The translations under genes were made by a program, and so were the position numbers. Positions 22,601 through 36,800 of a stretch of 64,000 nt of DNA are shown here, in pieces (the first letter of the stretch is position 1; every line of letters starts with the position of its first letter). The stretch is from NCBI GenBank assembly GCA_002633005.1, contig NMRA01000014.1, forward strand, positions 1,902,960 to 1,966,959, written 5' to 3'. Source of the stretch: Phoronis australis. Taxonomy: Eukaryota; Animalia; Phoronida. The notes below the pieces were generated by a model, which was not told the origin of the DNA, did no database searches, and worked only from the letters and a program-made list of their open reading frames with translations.

Positions 22601-25600
22601 CATGTAGAGTGGGCTCCCGGAATGCGCCGGCACCAATCGCTTTTCGGAGCGAGTCGGGTACCCCAGCATGCCCTTGTGCCAATTTTAGTTTCCGATAAGA
22701 TTGTTCTTGTTTACTGATAACTGTCTTATCGGTTTTGAAATGTTTTGATGAAATTTGACACAAGGAGTTATGCGTGTCATCAGTTGATTTTCGGTCGAAT
22801 TCTACTACTGTGACACGTCCCTGGACGCCTTAATAATTTTTATCAAGATGTTGTTTGTTGGCTTTAGTTTTTAACAAAGTAGTGTTTGTCCATTGATTAT
22901 TGTCGAAACTGCCTGACAGGAACTTAGTAGAGAAGTATGTGCACCAGTTTATTGTTAACCCTGTGTTCAAATTAGTCTACAGTAACATAACATTCTACTA
23001 CTACTCTCTCCCTCTCCCTACCCACCTGCCCCGTTCACAAAGTTCGTTCTTGTTATCAAAATTTCTACCCTCTACCTCGACGACATGTATTCAAAATACA
23101 AAGCGTTGTAAATTATGGTAAATTTAATTAAATGAGAATTTCAGTCGACACAAATCGGTCGAGATAGTAATTGTTGACTGATGCGCTTAGATAACTTTTG
23201 CCCGTTGCCAATTTGTTTAAGTTTCAAATAAAGGTATCCGTGGCCGCCTAGTGATGGATTGATACCGCACATTATTGAACTTTGTTCAGTCAAAGACAAT
23301 AGGTAAGTACCTCGTCCGTGCACGCAGCCAGTCTCTCTCTAACTCTTGCAGCTCGGAGTTGGTGCATGTAAGTTACAGTTAGGATTAATTCTGGACAGAA
23401 TTTAGGTCGTCTCCAAGTGACTAATCCGTCGCATCATGAAGAGTTGTCTTGCTAAAATTTTGATCATTCAAGGTAATTGAAATTAGTTAAAACTGTTTCA
23501 AATTAATTAAATGTGACCTTTTCGACATTGGCCAGTGCATTTTGGCAGCATATGTGTGTTAAATAAATGTGCGCAGAACATGTGTAACGAATGAAGATTA
23601 CCTTGACTCATGTTAAAATTTATTTTATTAAATCGACTTTTTGAATTTTATTTTCCCTGACTGACAGGGCAATTTCATAAACTTATGAAGAAACGCGCAC
23701 CTAATTAAATCCTAGTTTTCATACTTAGCAGTGTTGAAGTAATTATATGATCTGCCTTTACGGTTGGCAGTGTATTTGCATCTATCCGGGCACATATTGA
23801 CCGTGACAGAGGGTTCTTTTTACTTGCACTCTCCCAGCTATTATTTCTTTAAAGGTACATGTATGGTCTCGGACTGTTCTCAGCCTCATAATTCGCGATT
23901 TTTCCAACCTCATTCTGAGTCCATGTTTACAATTCCTGGAATGGAACCAAAATCGCATTCCGCTGAACACTCACGTGCATGTATCAAAACACTCCGTACT
24001 CATATACATTACCGGACAGTCTGCATATATCGTTTAAAGAATTTGACCCACGAAACAAAAATGCGACGAATGCATTTGTTCATCATCGCCCAAAAATAGG
24101 CTCCACCGACCACAGCGCCACATACATGTACGCACTTATTTCAAAGTTCAAATTGTCTACTTGAGATGTTTGTCGCGGAATAATGTCACTAACAACCTAA
24201 AAGAATATGTTGAGAATGCCGTGCTGTAGTGTCGCACTGGGCTGTAATGGTCCCTCTCGCAGATGTGCAACTTCCGAGGTCGCGCCTAATTTGAGAGTGG
24301 ACCCATTAAATGATAAAGCGAACGTAAAAAAATGCTTTTACATTTAAAGACAACTTTACAATGTTGCTTTGCCTGGTTATCCTACTGAAGTAGTTCTGGG
24401 CGTCCGCTGCTGTTCCCGAGATCCTCACTAATTCTGCACTCAACAAAAGGGGAAAAACGCGGACTTGATAAACATATACATCTTGTTACTGTTTTCACTC
24501 TCATTAGCCAACTGAAGACGAATGACTGACTCGCTATTGAGCACAATCTGGAGAGCGCTTCGTTGACCTAATTTTTCGCCAGAGAGATCTCACTAGACTT
24601 CGGGAAATCACGCGAGTGAAAATGCGAGTTATTGTTTCGCAATATGCTCGTGAGCTTACGAGCTTGTCCTATCGAAGTCGGTGGCGGCCATTGAAATATT
24701 TGGTCGGCAACGTTGAAGTGTTAAATTATGCTACATGTAGGTTACGCCATTAATGAAGTCTCGCGCGAACCACTGATCTTTCATTGGCGTGATTTTACGT
24801 GGTCTTGCGTGATTTCTCTTTTTGGAAACTTGGTCCGCGGAATGCAATTCTGGGAATCTTGTCCAGACTCATGTGTTGGGCAATGACACCAAGTTCTGTG
24901 CCTTTTACTTAGCTAAAGTAATTACGTTATTTCACTGTTGTCATATGCACAGTTCAAGCACGGTTCAAGGGAATGTATTTTAGTAAAAGTGACACTTAAA
25001 ATCCTTTGCGTTCAACCTTTTGGTTCAGTTTTCTTTCAGAATATATGGGAAGACTCTTAACCGAAGCAAAATGGATGACGCCATTGCGCAGCATTTACCA
25101 TGTGCCACTATTGTTATTAAAATCAGAGTTGAGTTAAAAGCTGCATTGGTCAAAATTAAGAACCACCGTAGAATGATCAATATTGCGCGCAACACGACTC
25201 GCAGCAACTATACCAATGCCAATATCAATATAATAGAATTCAAAAATCTGTCTTTCTTTTGTGAAATACGCATGAAGGAAAAAGTATGTGGTTTCCACAG
25301 AGTTTCTAGTCTCCCTCACACTTATGATAAATGCGCGCATGCGCTTACAGTCACTTGCTTGAACTCGCTTCAGGTCAACGGTAACATTTTCCATGTAAGA
25401 GAAATGTTATACGTCAAGTCTTGCCATACTAAATAAGGAGACGTGCTTTGCCTTGTGGAATAAAATCGACGAACTGGTGAGGATTTGAAAGATTGTTTTT
25501 GAAATTTGAAATTAAAAGAAAATGCTTTGATTGTAACAAAAATTAAACATATGTATGAACAAACCCTAAAAATACCTGGTTAGCAGGATGAATTCTGTTT

Positions 25601-26121
25601 CAGTAGCAGAGAACCACTTTCAATATTGGAATTTAGTCTGTTTATCGCGTTCCGGCCTTCTTTAACACAGTGTGGGTGATGCGACATTGGTTTAGACTGC
25701 GAATCTTACTCAAATGGGGCGACTGAAGCTATGGATTTTGAAAATGAATAGTCCTGATGTCCACAGGAATTATCCAGAGTAGTTTAGCGGCGCGGGCGAC
25801 AAAATCTAAGACTTCCCCATTCGCAGGCAGTGAAGTACGGGGAAATTCTCTAAATTTCCGCCTGGTTGATTTTACAAAACAGTATCCAGATCTTAGTATT
25901 TTACGACTTGTCAAACATCCGGAGAGTCACACTCCCCCTACTGTCTCCCAACACTTTTCGTCAGTAGGCACCACACAAAGCTACGACAAATCAAGGATGT
26001 ACGATGGCGTTTAAAATTAAAGTGGTGGTATTCAGAGCCCTCGTGCAATCTAATTCGCCATTCAAATTTTTGGAAAATGATCTCTCGAAATTCACAAAAT
26101 CAAATATATTGAGTTAGAAAA

Positions 26122-29100
26122 ATGGCGTTGTTCGCCTTACTCTTCTTGTAGGTACTGACTGATAGTGTCTGAAGTGTATGACTTAATTGGAAAAGATTTT
26201 ATTGACTGATGTGTTGTACAGCTTTGGGAAATGGGGTTCTTAGGTATTTCATATGAATGCCTTCATTTTATTAAAAGCTCATAAAATTTTATTTTATAAT
26301 TTTGCTGTAAATCACAATGTTGCAGCATGAAGTCATACGTCTAAAATAAAACAGAATTAATGAAATTAAATTAAGTTGGCATGTCAACAAATTTCAGGCC
26401 TATGTCTTTTTGTGACGCAGTTAGGAATTGTGGTAAATTATTAATGTTTTGAAATCGATAAAACCGTAAAATACATTGTATCTTAGTATCCTCTTTTAAA
26501 GAATTTAAAGATTTGTTGTTTTCGAACCTACAAAATGGCCGGCACGTTTAACTATTACTGGATTGACATATTGGGAAGTTAGAAAAAATAATAGTAAAAG
26601 TAAAATTAAAAACATACGTGGAGGTTAATTTTGAAAATATGTCCCTGTTTCAGTGAGATCTCTTGACTGATGTAAAACTCGCTCTGTGTTCTAGTCTGGC
26701 AAGAACATCTTTGTCGGAAATTGTACATGTAGTGCATATGCGCACTGTTTTTCCTTTCCTCAGATTGGGTTATCCTATTTCAGCCTGTATGCAAGCTTCT
26801 GGAGTCTACACTACCCGTTTGGGGAACTCGGGTGTCTCGTACTATTACAACGCACTTGAAGAATGTACAGATAAAATTGACTGCACTAGTTATTTAGATT
26901 ATTGTCGTGAAAGTCTTTTGAAACAGGTATTTATGGAAAATTGTGTCAAAAGTTGCGGATACTGTACGTCGCCAACCACTAAATCATCAACGCCCCCAAC
27001 CTCTGCGATGCAAACAACAGCAGAGCGTGTGAAATGTGAGGACAAATCCCCAGACTCTTGCATGGTCAACCTGTGGTTTGATATACACTATTGCCAAAAG
27101 CATGAAGCATATATACACTGCTTAAAAACCTGCCAACTATGTGGCGAAGACGTGCCGACAATTTCGATACCGTTGACAACTGTACCTGATTCAAAATCAA
27201 ATGGATTTGCGACATCAATTAATGCTCGAGAGACAATGGTACCAACAACAATTGGTACTGCTGAAATTCATGTAGAAATGTCAACTCATAGTAATGAGCT
27301 GGTGACATTACCCAATGAAAGCAGCACATTGTATAAGCCTATTGCTTGTGTGGACTTGTCGGATACCTGCCATGTTTTTGTAGACACTAATGCTTGCAAT
27401 GATGAAAGTTTTAAGGCTTCAACAATGAAGATATGTGCAAGAAGTTGTGGATTTTGCATACCTGAATCAACGGAAGTTATTGTGTCTACATGGGTCGAAT
27501 CTTCGCCACTGCACTTCAAGAAAACCAGTTCCTCACTTGTTAACACGGCAGTCAAAGCTGAAACCACGAACGTACTTACGACAACAACTCGCGAACAAAC
27601 AACTGGAACCTCATCAGATAATAAACGGAATACAGTTAGTGTGTCTACGACTGTCGAGTTGTCGCCACCAGACTTCAAGAAAACCAGTTCTTCACATGTC
27701 AAAACGGCAAACCTAGCTGGCAGAACAACTGTACCATCGCTTACTACAACAACTACAACTCGCGAACTAACAACTGGAACCACATCAGAAAATAAACAGA
27801 GAAAAGCTAGTGTGTCTAGGACTGTCGAATCTTCGCCACCAGACTCCAAGAAAACCACTTCTTCACATGTTTCCACGACAGGCCAAGATGACAGTGCGAT
27901 CTTGTCACTGCTTACGACAACAACAACTCGCGAATTAACAACTGGAACTACATCAGACAATAAACATAGTAAAGTTATTGTGTCTACGACTGTAGAATCT
28001 TCGCCACCAGACTTCAAGAGAACCAGTTCTTCGAATGTTACCACAGCAGTGCCTTGGCTACCGAAGTCAACTAGCGAACTAACAAAAGGAACGACCTCAG
28101 ACAACAAACTGGGTAAAGTCACCGAAACATTGCTACTAACTGTTGCTGAGAACATGCAGAGTCCAATGGCTACACACACGACAGTTGGAGATCCGTTTGC
28201 ATATTCATCAACGGCTACCAGTAAAGAGCGGACTGACACCTCACGTGTAAGCCATAAACTATTTTCCAGCATGACCAACACTCCATCGTCTCATCTGACT
28301 ACTACGCAATATCCGAATACACAAGAAATAACTCAGGCATCGGTTAGTGGTAACAAAACACTGTTTACTACAACGCAGTTTAGCAGCTTTGTGCAAACAG
28401 ATGCTTCAGCTCCACAAATGACGACTGAAGGAATGCCCAATGACGTAATTACAACATCTGTTGACGGTTTATCTGATAACTCGTCAGCAACAATCGACTC
28501 TTCGGTAAGACATCATTTCACGACAGTAAATAAACGCCCACGAGCACGAACGACAACTTCTGACGTGCCTGCAGTAACAACCAATGTCACTGCTATGTCT
28601 CCTACACACAGAATTACACTGAGTTGGTACCAACAACCGCGTCACATCCGAAGCAAATGCGTCAAATGTTCCTCGCAAATCGTCTGCCCCCAACAACAGT
28701 CCCAACACTACATCACCGTATTTCATAGCAAAAACTTCGATACACCAACTTGCTATAACTGAAAATGTTGTTACGTCTGGTCCAGAGCTTGATACTACGT
28801 TATTAGCACAGCTATCAACTGCTGCTAAAAAAGTTCTACCCCACGCACTTTTGGTATCAGCAAAGATTATTCGACTGCAACTGAAGACGTTTGGGAATCG
28901 TCTCGAGCGCAGACAACAGAAACCATAGTGGCGTCTGAGAAACCTGTCTTAACGAGGCCTACGTCAGATACAAAAATTACTCAAGAAATTGACGGATTAG
29001 GTGGTTCGGCTGGCTATACAAAATCTTACGCAGGTGCAACACTTTATCTAAATGCCACCAAGAAATTTGGGTTCCCGATTGAGCAGTCAGCAACAGCAAC

Positions 29101-31456
29101 CAATGATCCGAAGTCATCGTTAACGACAGGTCTTACTCGGGATGTTCCAGCTCGTGGAACAACTGAAAGTGACCTGTCAAATGTAACGAACAGTGCAGTG
29201 GGTGAGTGAAGGGGGTTTTACAGGGAGAGGTGTTCGTTGACTTTGGATAACGAACTATCGCAGATTGTTTAATAAGAATGTCTCTTCAAAATTAAAAGTT
29301 ATAATTATGTTAAAAATAAGGATGCACACGCAACTCGGCAACTATGCATGAATACATATCCCACGTACCCCACAAACTGCCGCAACTGCACAAAACTGTA
29401 TTTGTACAGAATTTTGAAACATAAACTGTCACAATTTGGAAAACAACCAGTAACAACAACAAAAACAAGGAATTTAAACAGCATCAGTAAATGCAGTGCC
29501 TGTCATCTGGGATACCAAATGTCACACGGCCATATGACAATGACGTCCATTCAAAGTCACTCTTTATCCATTGTCTTCAACCTAGTGGCTCACACTAGGG
29601 GAGATTGGTTTTGTCCGTCCGGTTGCCTCAAATGGCCCGGTCGTCGGCCATTTCCAGGGCCGGGGCAGATCCACCCATGATTATGTTACGGCATTGTGTT
29701 TCTAAGGTCTGTACAAATTGTCGCAATCTTAAGAGTTTCGGTAGTTTGCGCAACCCAAACAAACCAAAAATTGTCCTGACAAAAAAATTACGACAGTATG
29801 TGTTTGCAGGTTCTGCACGAACTTTAGCAATTTGAGTATTACGACAGATTGTACAGTTTCGACAGTTTGTTGTCTTACTGAAGAAGACTGAAACACAATG
29901 CTGTAGTGGTAAAATAATATTGTAAGTAGGCGCCCAAAGCCCACCGTATCACCTTGATTACTGAACTAAACTTAAAGGTGCGCAGGAGCTACGTTCAAAT
30001 GCCAAAACGTGGTTGGCTGCGCCTACGTGCGCCTACGCCCCACTATAGCACTGCGGAACGACAGCGTACATATGTACGATATAGCCTATAGGCATTCGAA
30101 GGAGAAATAAATAATTTCCATTACCACAAAAGTCTGAGCACTCTGCGCATTACACGCAGATTATTTGCTCCCATAATAAGATGAGCTTGAGCCCCTTTCT
30201 TGCATTTGTTCTTCAACACCTGACTTCATCTCCAATACGCTCATTCAAGTTACAAATTATGAGTGAAATATGGTCGGAAAAGATTTTTTCATATTCAGTT
30301 AGGGTGGAATTTGAAACATAAATGGAATTAAAAGAGGAACTACTCTCCGTACTGTTTACAACAAGGTGGCGCTTCCCTCAGTGAGATGATTTTCTCGCCA
30401 TTTTGTGGTAACATTCAAACTATTGTTTGTCTAGTTACAGTACTAAGTAACAGTAGTCACTCTTTGGTTCTTCTTTATGTTCACTTTCTAAGACGACATC
30501 TCTGTTTTCAATCTACAGGTAGTTGATGGGATCTTGTTAGACCAGCTTTTTGGTCTCCCGTGCATTTTTTTATTTCCTGTGATTACAGACTGCATGCACT
30601 GTTTCCATGCACATGGTATCTGTGTGGCGAATGTTCCATGCCGTGTGTTGCTTGAAACATTTGTAATGTTTTGTAATGTTCACCCAAGACAGAAGTTTAT
30701 AGCAGTTTCCGTAAAAGTGGCCCGAGTGCATTGTTTGTCTAGTGCGTGCCTTGCCTACATTTCTCCCATGAACCAAAAAACCGCTTTCGGAGCACTTGCG
30801 GAATTTCTCGTTATATCTTACATTTATAAAATAAACATCTGTTCTAGAATAAGGTCGCTATATCATTGTAACCCTCTTTCAGTGAGCGTTACCATCTATG
30901 TTGGGGTAGGCGTTGGAGTTGTTGGAATCGTACTAGTCGTCTTGGCTATAACCTTGCTGACCTCATATTTTAGGCGAACAAGGTGAGCTACCTGTATATG
31001 AAAAGGTTCGTCAGTAGACATTTACTTCGCAAGTCAATACTAGGGATCAATGAAAGTGTTCTCTTATGGACATAAATGTCACTTTTCGTTTATTGTAAAA
31101 TGTTGCTCAATAGGATTGGTTATGTTTAGATGCATGTTGCGTGTTTGCAGGAAGTCCTGTTTTTTCGGGGGAGGAAAACGCAACTTACCCGTAGAAATAT
31201 TCATACAATTGACAGCCAGTTGACACCTATTCACCGTAATTCTGACTTTCGGAATTATTAGCTGTACCTGGTCTATTGAATGGAAATACCAATAAGCTGT
31301 TAATTCACAGTTCGACTAATATCAAAACAAACGTATACTTCCCTGTTATTTTTCAGAAATACAAAACACAACGAAGCCTCTTGCAAAGACGCTGTTATGT
31401 TTGATAATCCCATATTCGACTACCAACGAAACCACAGCAAGGAGGAAAAGGTGTGA
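26122..31456 (+). CDS. Type I membrane protein with 3 ShKT domains, mucin-like stalk, TM helix and FDNPIF tail: join(26122-26147,26764-29201,30883-30982,31357-31456); three apparent 1-nt deletions at ~28608, ~28643, ~28830
   Basis: Spliced signal peptide MALFALLFL|LGYPISACMQASG. Three 6-Cys ShKT modules ending CVKSCGYC, CLKTCQLC and CARSCGFC. Long S/T-rich stalk. TM exon IYVGVGVGVVGIVLVVLAITLLTSYF-RRTR. Last exon ...VMFDNPIFDYQRNHSKEEKV*. Splice phases 2/1/2 are consistent. Confidence 0.8.
27476..28110 (+). repeat. Coding tandem repeat (~160-180 nt, ~3.5-4 copies) in the mucin stalk
   Basis: Recurring VSTTVESSPPDFKKTSSSHV...TTTTRELTTGTTSDNK. Confidence 0.9.
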
Positions 31457-31685
31457 TGGAAAATTTTCCGCATAATCCGTCACGGACTTTTATAAAAAAC
31501 ACTTACTTATTATGTGTATTTCGTATGTGTATGCACTATACGTTTAGCCTCAGATGCACTAAACTCAGGTACAGCACGCGAAATTCTTTTCTTGATCTCT
31601 GATAATGACCGGGATGATTTTGAAGCGTGTATACTGAGTCGTAACGTTCTCGTACACATCTTAACGCATTCTCTCAAAATCAACA

Positions 31686-32030
31686 TTCGTGTAGCTGTTG
31701 GAGCGAAGACGATTTTTAATACTCACATAATATGTAGATGTTGTCACCAGTTTCCGTTATCTCTATCCGTCATGTGTCCGGCCGTCTGGAGTCTAAACTT
31801 TATTTGCATTTGCTTTGATATCTACCACGTTCCTTGACCGACGTTCATCAAATTCGAAGCAGTTGGAGCGAAGGCGATTTTTAATGCTCACATATTTGCA
31901 CATATATGTAAATGTTATCACCTGTTTCCGTCATCTGCATCCGGGATTTGTCCGGCCGTCAGAAGTACATGGTTTACTTGCATTTGCTTTGATATCTATC
32001 ACGTTCTTAAATGCACGTTCAAGAAATTCG
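31686..32030. repeat. Diverged tandem duplication (~2 x 170 bp)
   Basis: gttggagcgaag.cgatttttaat.ctcacata ... tgtccggccgtc ... ttgcatttgctttgatatcta.cacgttc occurs twice. Confidence 0.85.
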
Positions 32031-32774
32031 ACATATAAATTACTATCTCGGAGGCGAGGGCGCCTCGTTTCAGGTGAATTTGTCCAGTGAATTTTTTATC
32101 ATAAATGTTAACTTTGTTTTTGTCAGCCGCCTCCCTCTCCTGTAAAGTGTGGCGAAACTGACGGGTGTGTTCCTGCTCAGGAGAGAATGTTTGAATGCAG
32201 TCCTACTGTGACACTAACGTACAATTCTGTAGTAGAAAACCTGTATCTTATCTCCCATGTGATATCTACCCAATCTACAATGTACCTACGTCATCGCGTC
32301 GAGTTGTGTTCGTTGCTTGTATTTTTTGTTCGATCTACTGCTTCAACCTTGGCTATGTTAACTTTTTAGTCACACGTATAGACCGGCAGCCCAAAGCACT
32401 CAGCGTAGATGAACGATGTGCCAACACCTGACCATACATGTAGGCGCAATTAGAGCACACATCAGGATATACAGAAATGGACGTGTGCCGTTGTTTGTAC
32501 TTTAGGTGTGAACCCTGGGGACCGTACAGGGGGGCCAAAAATGAGATAGATTAGATATTTGAGGTACTGACCAAACCTGATTTAAAAAGGACAGTAGTAC
32601 CGCACTGAACACCAAATGACCTATTACAGAAAAATTGCACTCTGGAATGGGTCCGGCAGAAACCAAAAAAGAACCCACTAAAAACGAGTTAGCTCATACA
32701 TTCGAGGTACCACAAAGAACCAATTCGATGTTATTCAATACATGTCACTGATCACTTTGTAGTTATCGCGCGCG

Positions 32775-33090
32775 CGGTAAAAAGTTAACAGCGACTAAAA
32801 GGTGTTGGAATTCTTCGCTAAAGTCACCTTAATTCATGTAGCTATGCTTCATCTAAGATATGTATAGAAGCAGAAAGGTTCACTGAAGAAAGTAAGCACT
32901 TTTGTAAGTGTTAGTTTTAATTGTAAAATGTATTTTTAAGGAGGTGAAAACTCTTAATCGGTGAGCGGATTTCGCCTAGGCCTAAAACACGTTTAAAATA
33001 CACGGGAAGAAATTAGTACAGAAAGCGATGAGAAGTACATATTGTAGCCCCTAACCAGCCAACCGAGCGGCTAAGTGTTGCCTAATGTAA
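32775..33090 (+). repeat. Dispersed repeat, same family as 5985-6295
   Basis: Colinear similarity to the FBXO9 intron 1 copy. Confidence 0.75.
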
Positions 33091-33879
33091 GGTTGAATTG
33101 CAAGTTTGAAGATTTGTGTTTTTTTGTATCGAAGGACGGATTTTGTAAAAACTTGTCTGGCGTTGCAAGTTATCGCCTGATGCCAAAATTATCGGCATTT
33201 AAATGCGCTCCGAAATTGAACACACGTCGTTCCTTGGAAGAAATTGAATTTTGATTATGCTGAATGTTTCGGGAATGGCAAAACGGCAACTTTTTGACCG
33301 TCTAATCGATATGTTTCGAAAAATATAGTTTAAAAAGCTTTTACTGACCCGTCCGTTAACATGGGAAACGCACATAATTAGTCCGTTTATTTTACCTCAT
33401 TACTTAATCAGAATCATGGTGTACGAAACCGTGGACATACAGGTGTATTTTTCTCCCTCCGTCATCTAAAATAGAATTAGAAGATTGTTTTAGTCGTTGC
33501 AGTTCATTCAAATCGAAACTGAGCTTTAATTGACATGTATTCTGAGTAGATTTATAATGCACAGCATCACCCTGAATGCTTAGGGGATTTTTGGTGAAAA
33601 CTAGTCATTCCTAAAGCAAACGAATTTGGTCAAGAAACGGCTAACCTGATGTCTTCAGCCTTGAAGGTCTCAAAAGTTGTATGCGACGATCATTCTCTAT
33701 CGTTAGTCTGCATTCTCCATAAGCGCATCCAGCCTAAGAAATGGGGGCTCGAATTTTTTGGGAATGTGGAGCTTTTACTAAAAAATAAAAAGGGGGTACG
33801 TTCTCAGATGTGAATTGTGCGTTCGTCGAATGGTAGTTCATGCCTTTTTAGTGGATTTTGTCTCGTTTTCTCATACTTT

Positions 33880-36800
33880 TTATTTCTCTGAGGCTCACCT
33901 TTTTGTACACTTTGTCTCGTTCTAGCACCCCCCGCTCCCCGAGCCTCCCTGGGTGCTTTTATGGGGCATACGTGAAATTGTTGGGGGGCCGAGGGAGTGG
34001 CAACCTGGGCTCATTTTACAAAGAACGAGGGGCCAAACACACTGAAATCAGTTTTGGTAGAAAGGAGTACAATCCAGTGGTTGTTGTTGACGGCAGTTAT
34101 AAATATGTGCTGCAGCGTCAGACTGCTAAATACCATGGGCCCATTGGGCAGAAATCTGATAGAGTCCAGCCTAAGGTAGAGAAAGTTGATCCGAAGGTGC
34201 TAATTCTCTTGGTCGAACAGTCCGTGGTACTCATTTGCCAAATTAACCAATACTGCCATCCAATATAACACACGAATGAACGTCCTGTTCCCTGTCCTGC
34301 AAGACAACAAGAAGGCAGAAGCCAATGCCAAGGCCATTAACAGGTCATTGGCATAGTTTGGTTGCAAGTTCTACAACGCACTATACAAGAAGGCCGGGGG
34401 TCGGAAGCCGAGTCGAGAGATAAAAGCTCACCTTGGGACCAGACAATAAAGACCAACGAGCCGTTTTTACAAGTCGCAGTCCTTTCCCAGGGGCCCTCTT
34501 CACGCCATGAGAAGGGGGCGTCAACCACCACCACCAGCCCTCACAGACCAGCGGGAAAAGCTCCCGACCACGTCGTGGTGGACCAGGCAAGGCCAGGTAT
34601 GTACTTGCCAAACGCAATAACAGTGTCGGTACAACCACCTATTGCCGAAGTGCAGGTTGCACACTAATCACTAGAAGTGCAAAGCCGGGACGTCCCACTA
34701 GACGTACTCGCAAGAATCTCACACACTAGCTTCCCACTTTGGGCATGTTTGCCCCTATTCCCTCAACATGCACAACGCCGCTAGGCGGACGACTCGCCCG
34801 ATTTCTCCACAATTGGCGAAAGTTAACAAAGGACACCTGGGTGCTACAGACTGTTCAGGGTTACGCGCTTGATCCTTTCGAACGACCAACTCAGGGGAAA
34901 ATTTTCTGTCTCACATTTTCCAAAACGGAGACAAAGCTCCTCACAGACGAAGTACAGGCTCTCCTGAACAAAGGTGCAATCGCTCCAGTAACACCCGTTG
35001 TCGATCAATTTGGTGGACACCTTTTCCTGCGACCACTAAACAGGTTCATAATGTAACTTACGAACACTTCAAAATGGAAGGCATGACAACAGTGGTATCA
35101 TTGATGCAACCAGGCGATTGGATGTGCACCATAGAGCTAAAAGCCGCGTAATTCTGCGTCCCAATAGCACAGCAACACCGTTGTTACCTGCGATTTGTTT
35201 GGAACGTAACAATGTACGAGTTTCAGGTTTTCCTTTTCGGATTGAGCTCAGCCCCTCGAGTTTTCACAAAACTTTTGAAGCCGGCCATGGCATTCTTGCA
35301 AAGAATGGGTGTCAGACTGTTGATCTACCTCGACTATATTATCATACTGAACGAATACAGAGACGACTTAGCAACTGACAGGAACTCGGCTCTCAGATGT
35401 TAGGGTTCGCCATAAATTGGGAGAAATCGCAACTCTTGGGCAGTTAGACAGCAGAGTACCTGGGATTCGTTGTGGTAATTCAGAAATTGAACCTATCCTT
35501 GCCTGAAGGGAAAATAAAAAAGTGCTACACAAATGCCAACAAATACTGGACCAAACAACGGTTACTGCCAGGGAACTGTCGCAGCTCATAGGACAGCAGC
35601 TCAGTGCATCCACTCTGGCAGTGTTACCAGCACCCCTTCACTATTGACAACTGCGAATGCAGAAATCTCGCGCCCTCTTCAAGGGACGCCAAAACTACGG
35701 AACACAGCTCGAGTTAACACCGGAGTGCAAAGAGGAGATCCAATGGTGGCTACAGGTACATTACCTCCGACAATGGAATGGCAGGGCGATTATTACCTCT
35801 TCTTCTAACCTGATCATCACCACGGAGGCTTCGCAAAGGACTGGGGAGCGGAGTGCAACAAGATAACCACGCCGGATAATAATTACTGCGAATACCTACC
35901 AGGAAAGCAGAACGTCACAGCGGACAACCAATCCAGAGTGTTCACAGACATGGGCAAGTGGATGCTTACCATGCCCGCTAGACAAAATGCGCGATCTCTT
36001 CGCAGACAGACTGACGTTCCAAACAACGAAGTTTGTCAGCTGGAAATCAGATTCCCAAGCAATAAGGGCGGATGCCTTCACATTGAACTGAAACAACATG
36101 AAGGCATATACTTTCCCGTCGTTTTGCCTCATAAGCCGGTGTTTAGCCAAAGTGTACAAGGAAGAGGCCTCGTTGACACTAGTCCCTCCGGTGTGGCCAG
36201 GCCAACCATGGTAACCCATGCTCCATGAGCATCAATTTTCCAATTCTGTTGCCACCTGCTCCTCGATTACTGACGTAACCCCAAGGGGACACCAATCCGC
36301 TAATCCTGGCCAACAGCCTAACTCTAGCAGCTTGGACAGTCTCGGGGGTCGAATTTTCAGAAGACGTTGAAACCTTGCTGCGTGAATCTCGTCGAGAAGG
36401 CACACGAGAAGCTTATGCAGGCACCTGGAAGATATGGGATGCTGGTGTCATGAAGGGGCGGTTGATCCCTTTTTGGCAAATGTATCTGACTTTCTTGTAG
36501 TCCAGTTCCAAACAGGTATCGGGTATGCTACTATGAATAACTACATGTACAGGCCATCCTTGTCGGCATACCACATGCCAATTGAAGGGACGCCAGTGGG
36601 CCAACACCCAGTCATTAAACACCTCTTGCGAGGAATGTTTAACAACACCCCCCCCCCTTCCAGACAAGGTACACCACCACCAATGTGAATGGAGTCTTGC
36701 CATACACAGCATCGTTGAAAGACAATGAAGAACTGTCACTGAACGAATTGTCCAAGAAACTATCAATGCTGTAAGCGTTGACTACAATTGCCAGAGACTC

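Noticed and set aside
26663-26763. TTG-started N-terminus of the 699-aa ORF
   Set aside because: Intronic. The acceptor at 26761-26763 and exon 1 at 26122 supply a proper ATG and signal peptide.
27286-28281. 331-aa minus-strand ORF
   Set aside because: Antisense shadow of the Thr/Ser-rich mucin exon (Val-rich mirror composition).
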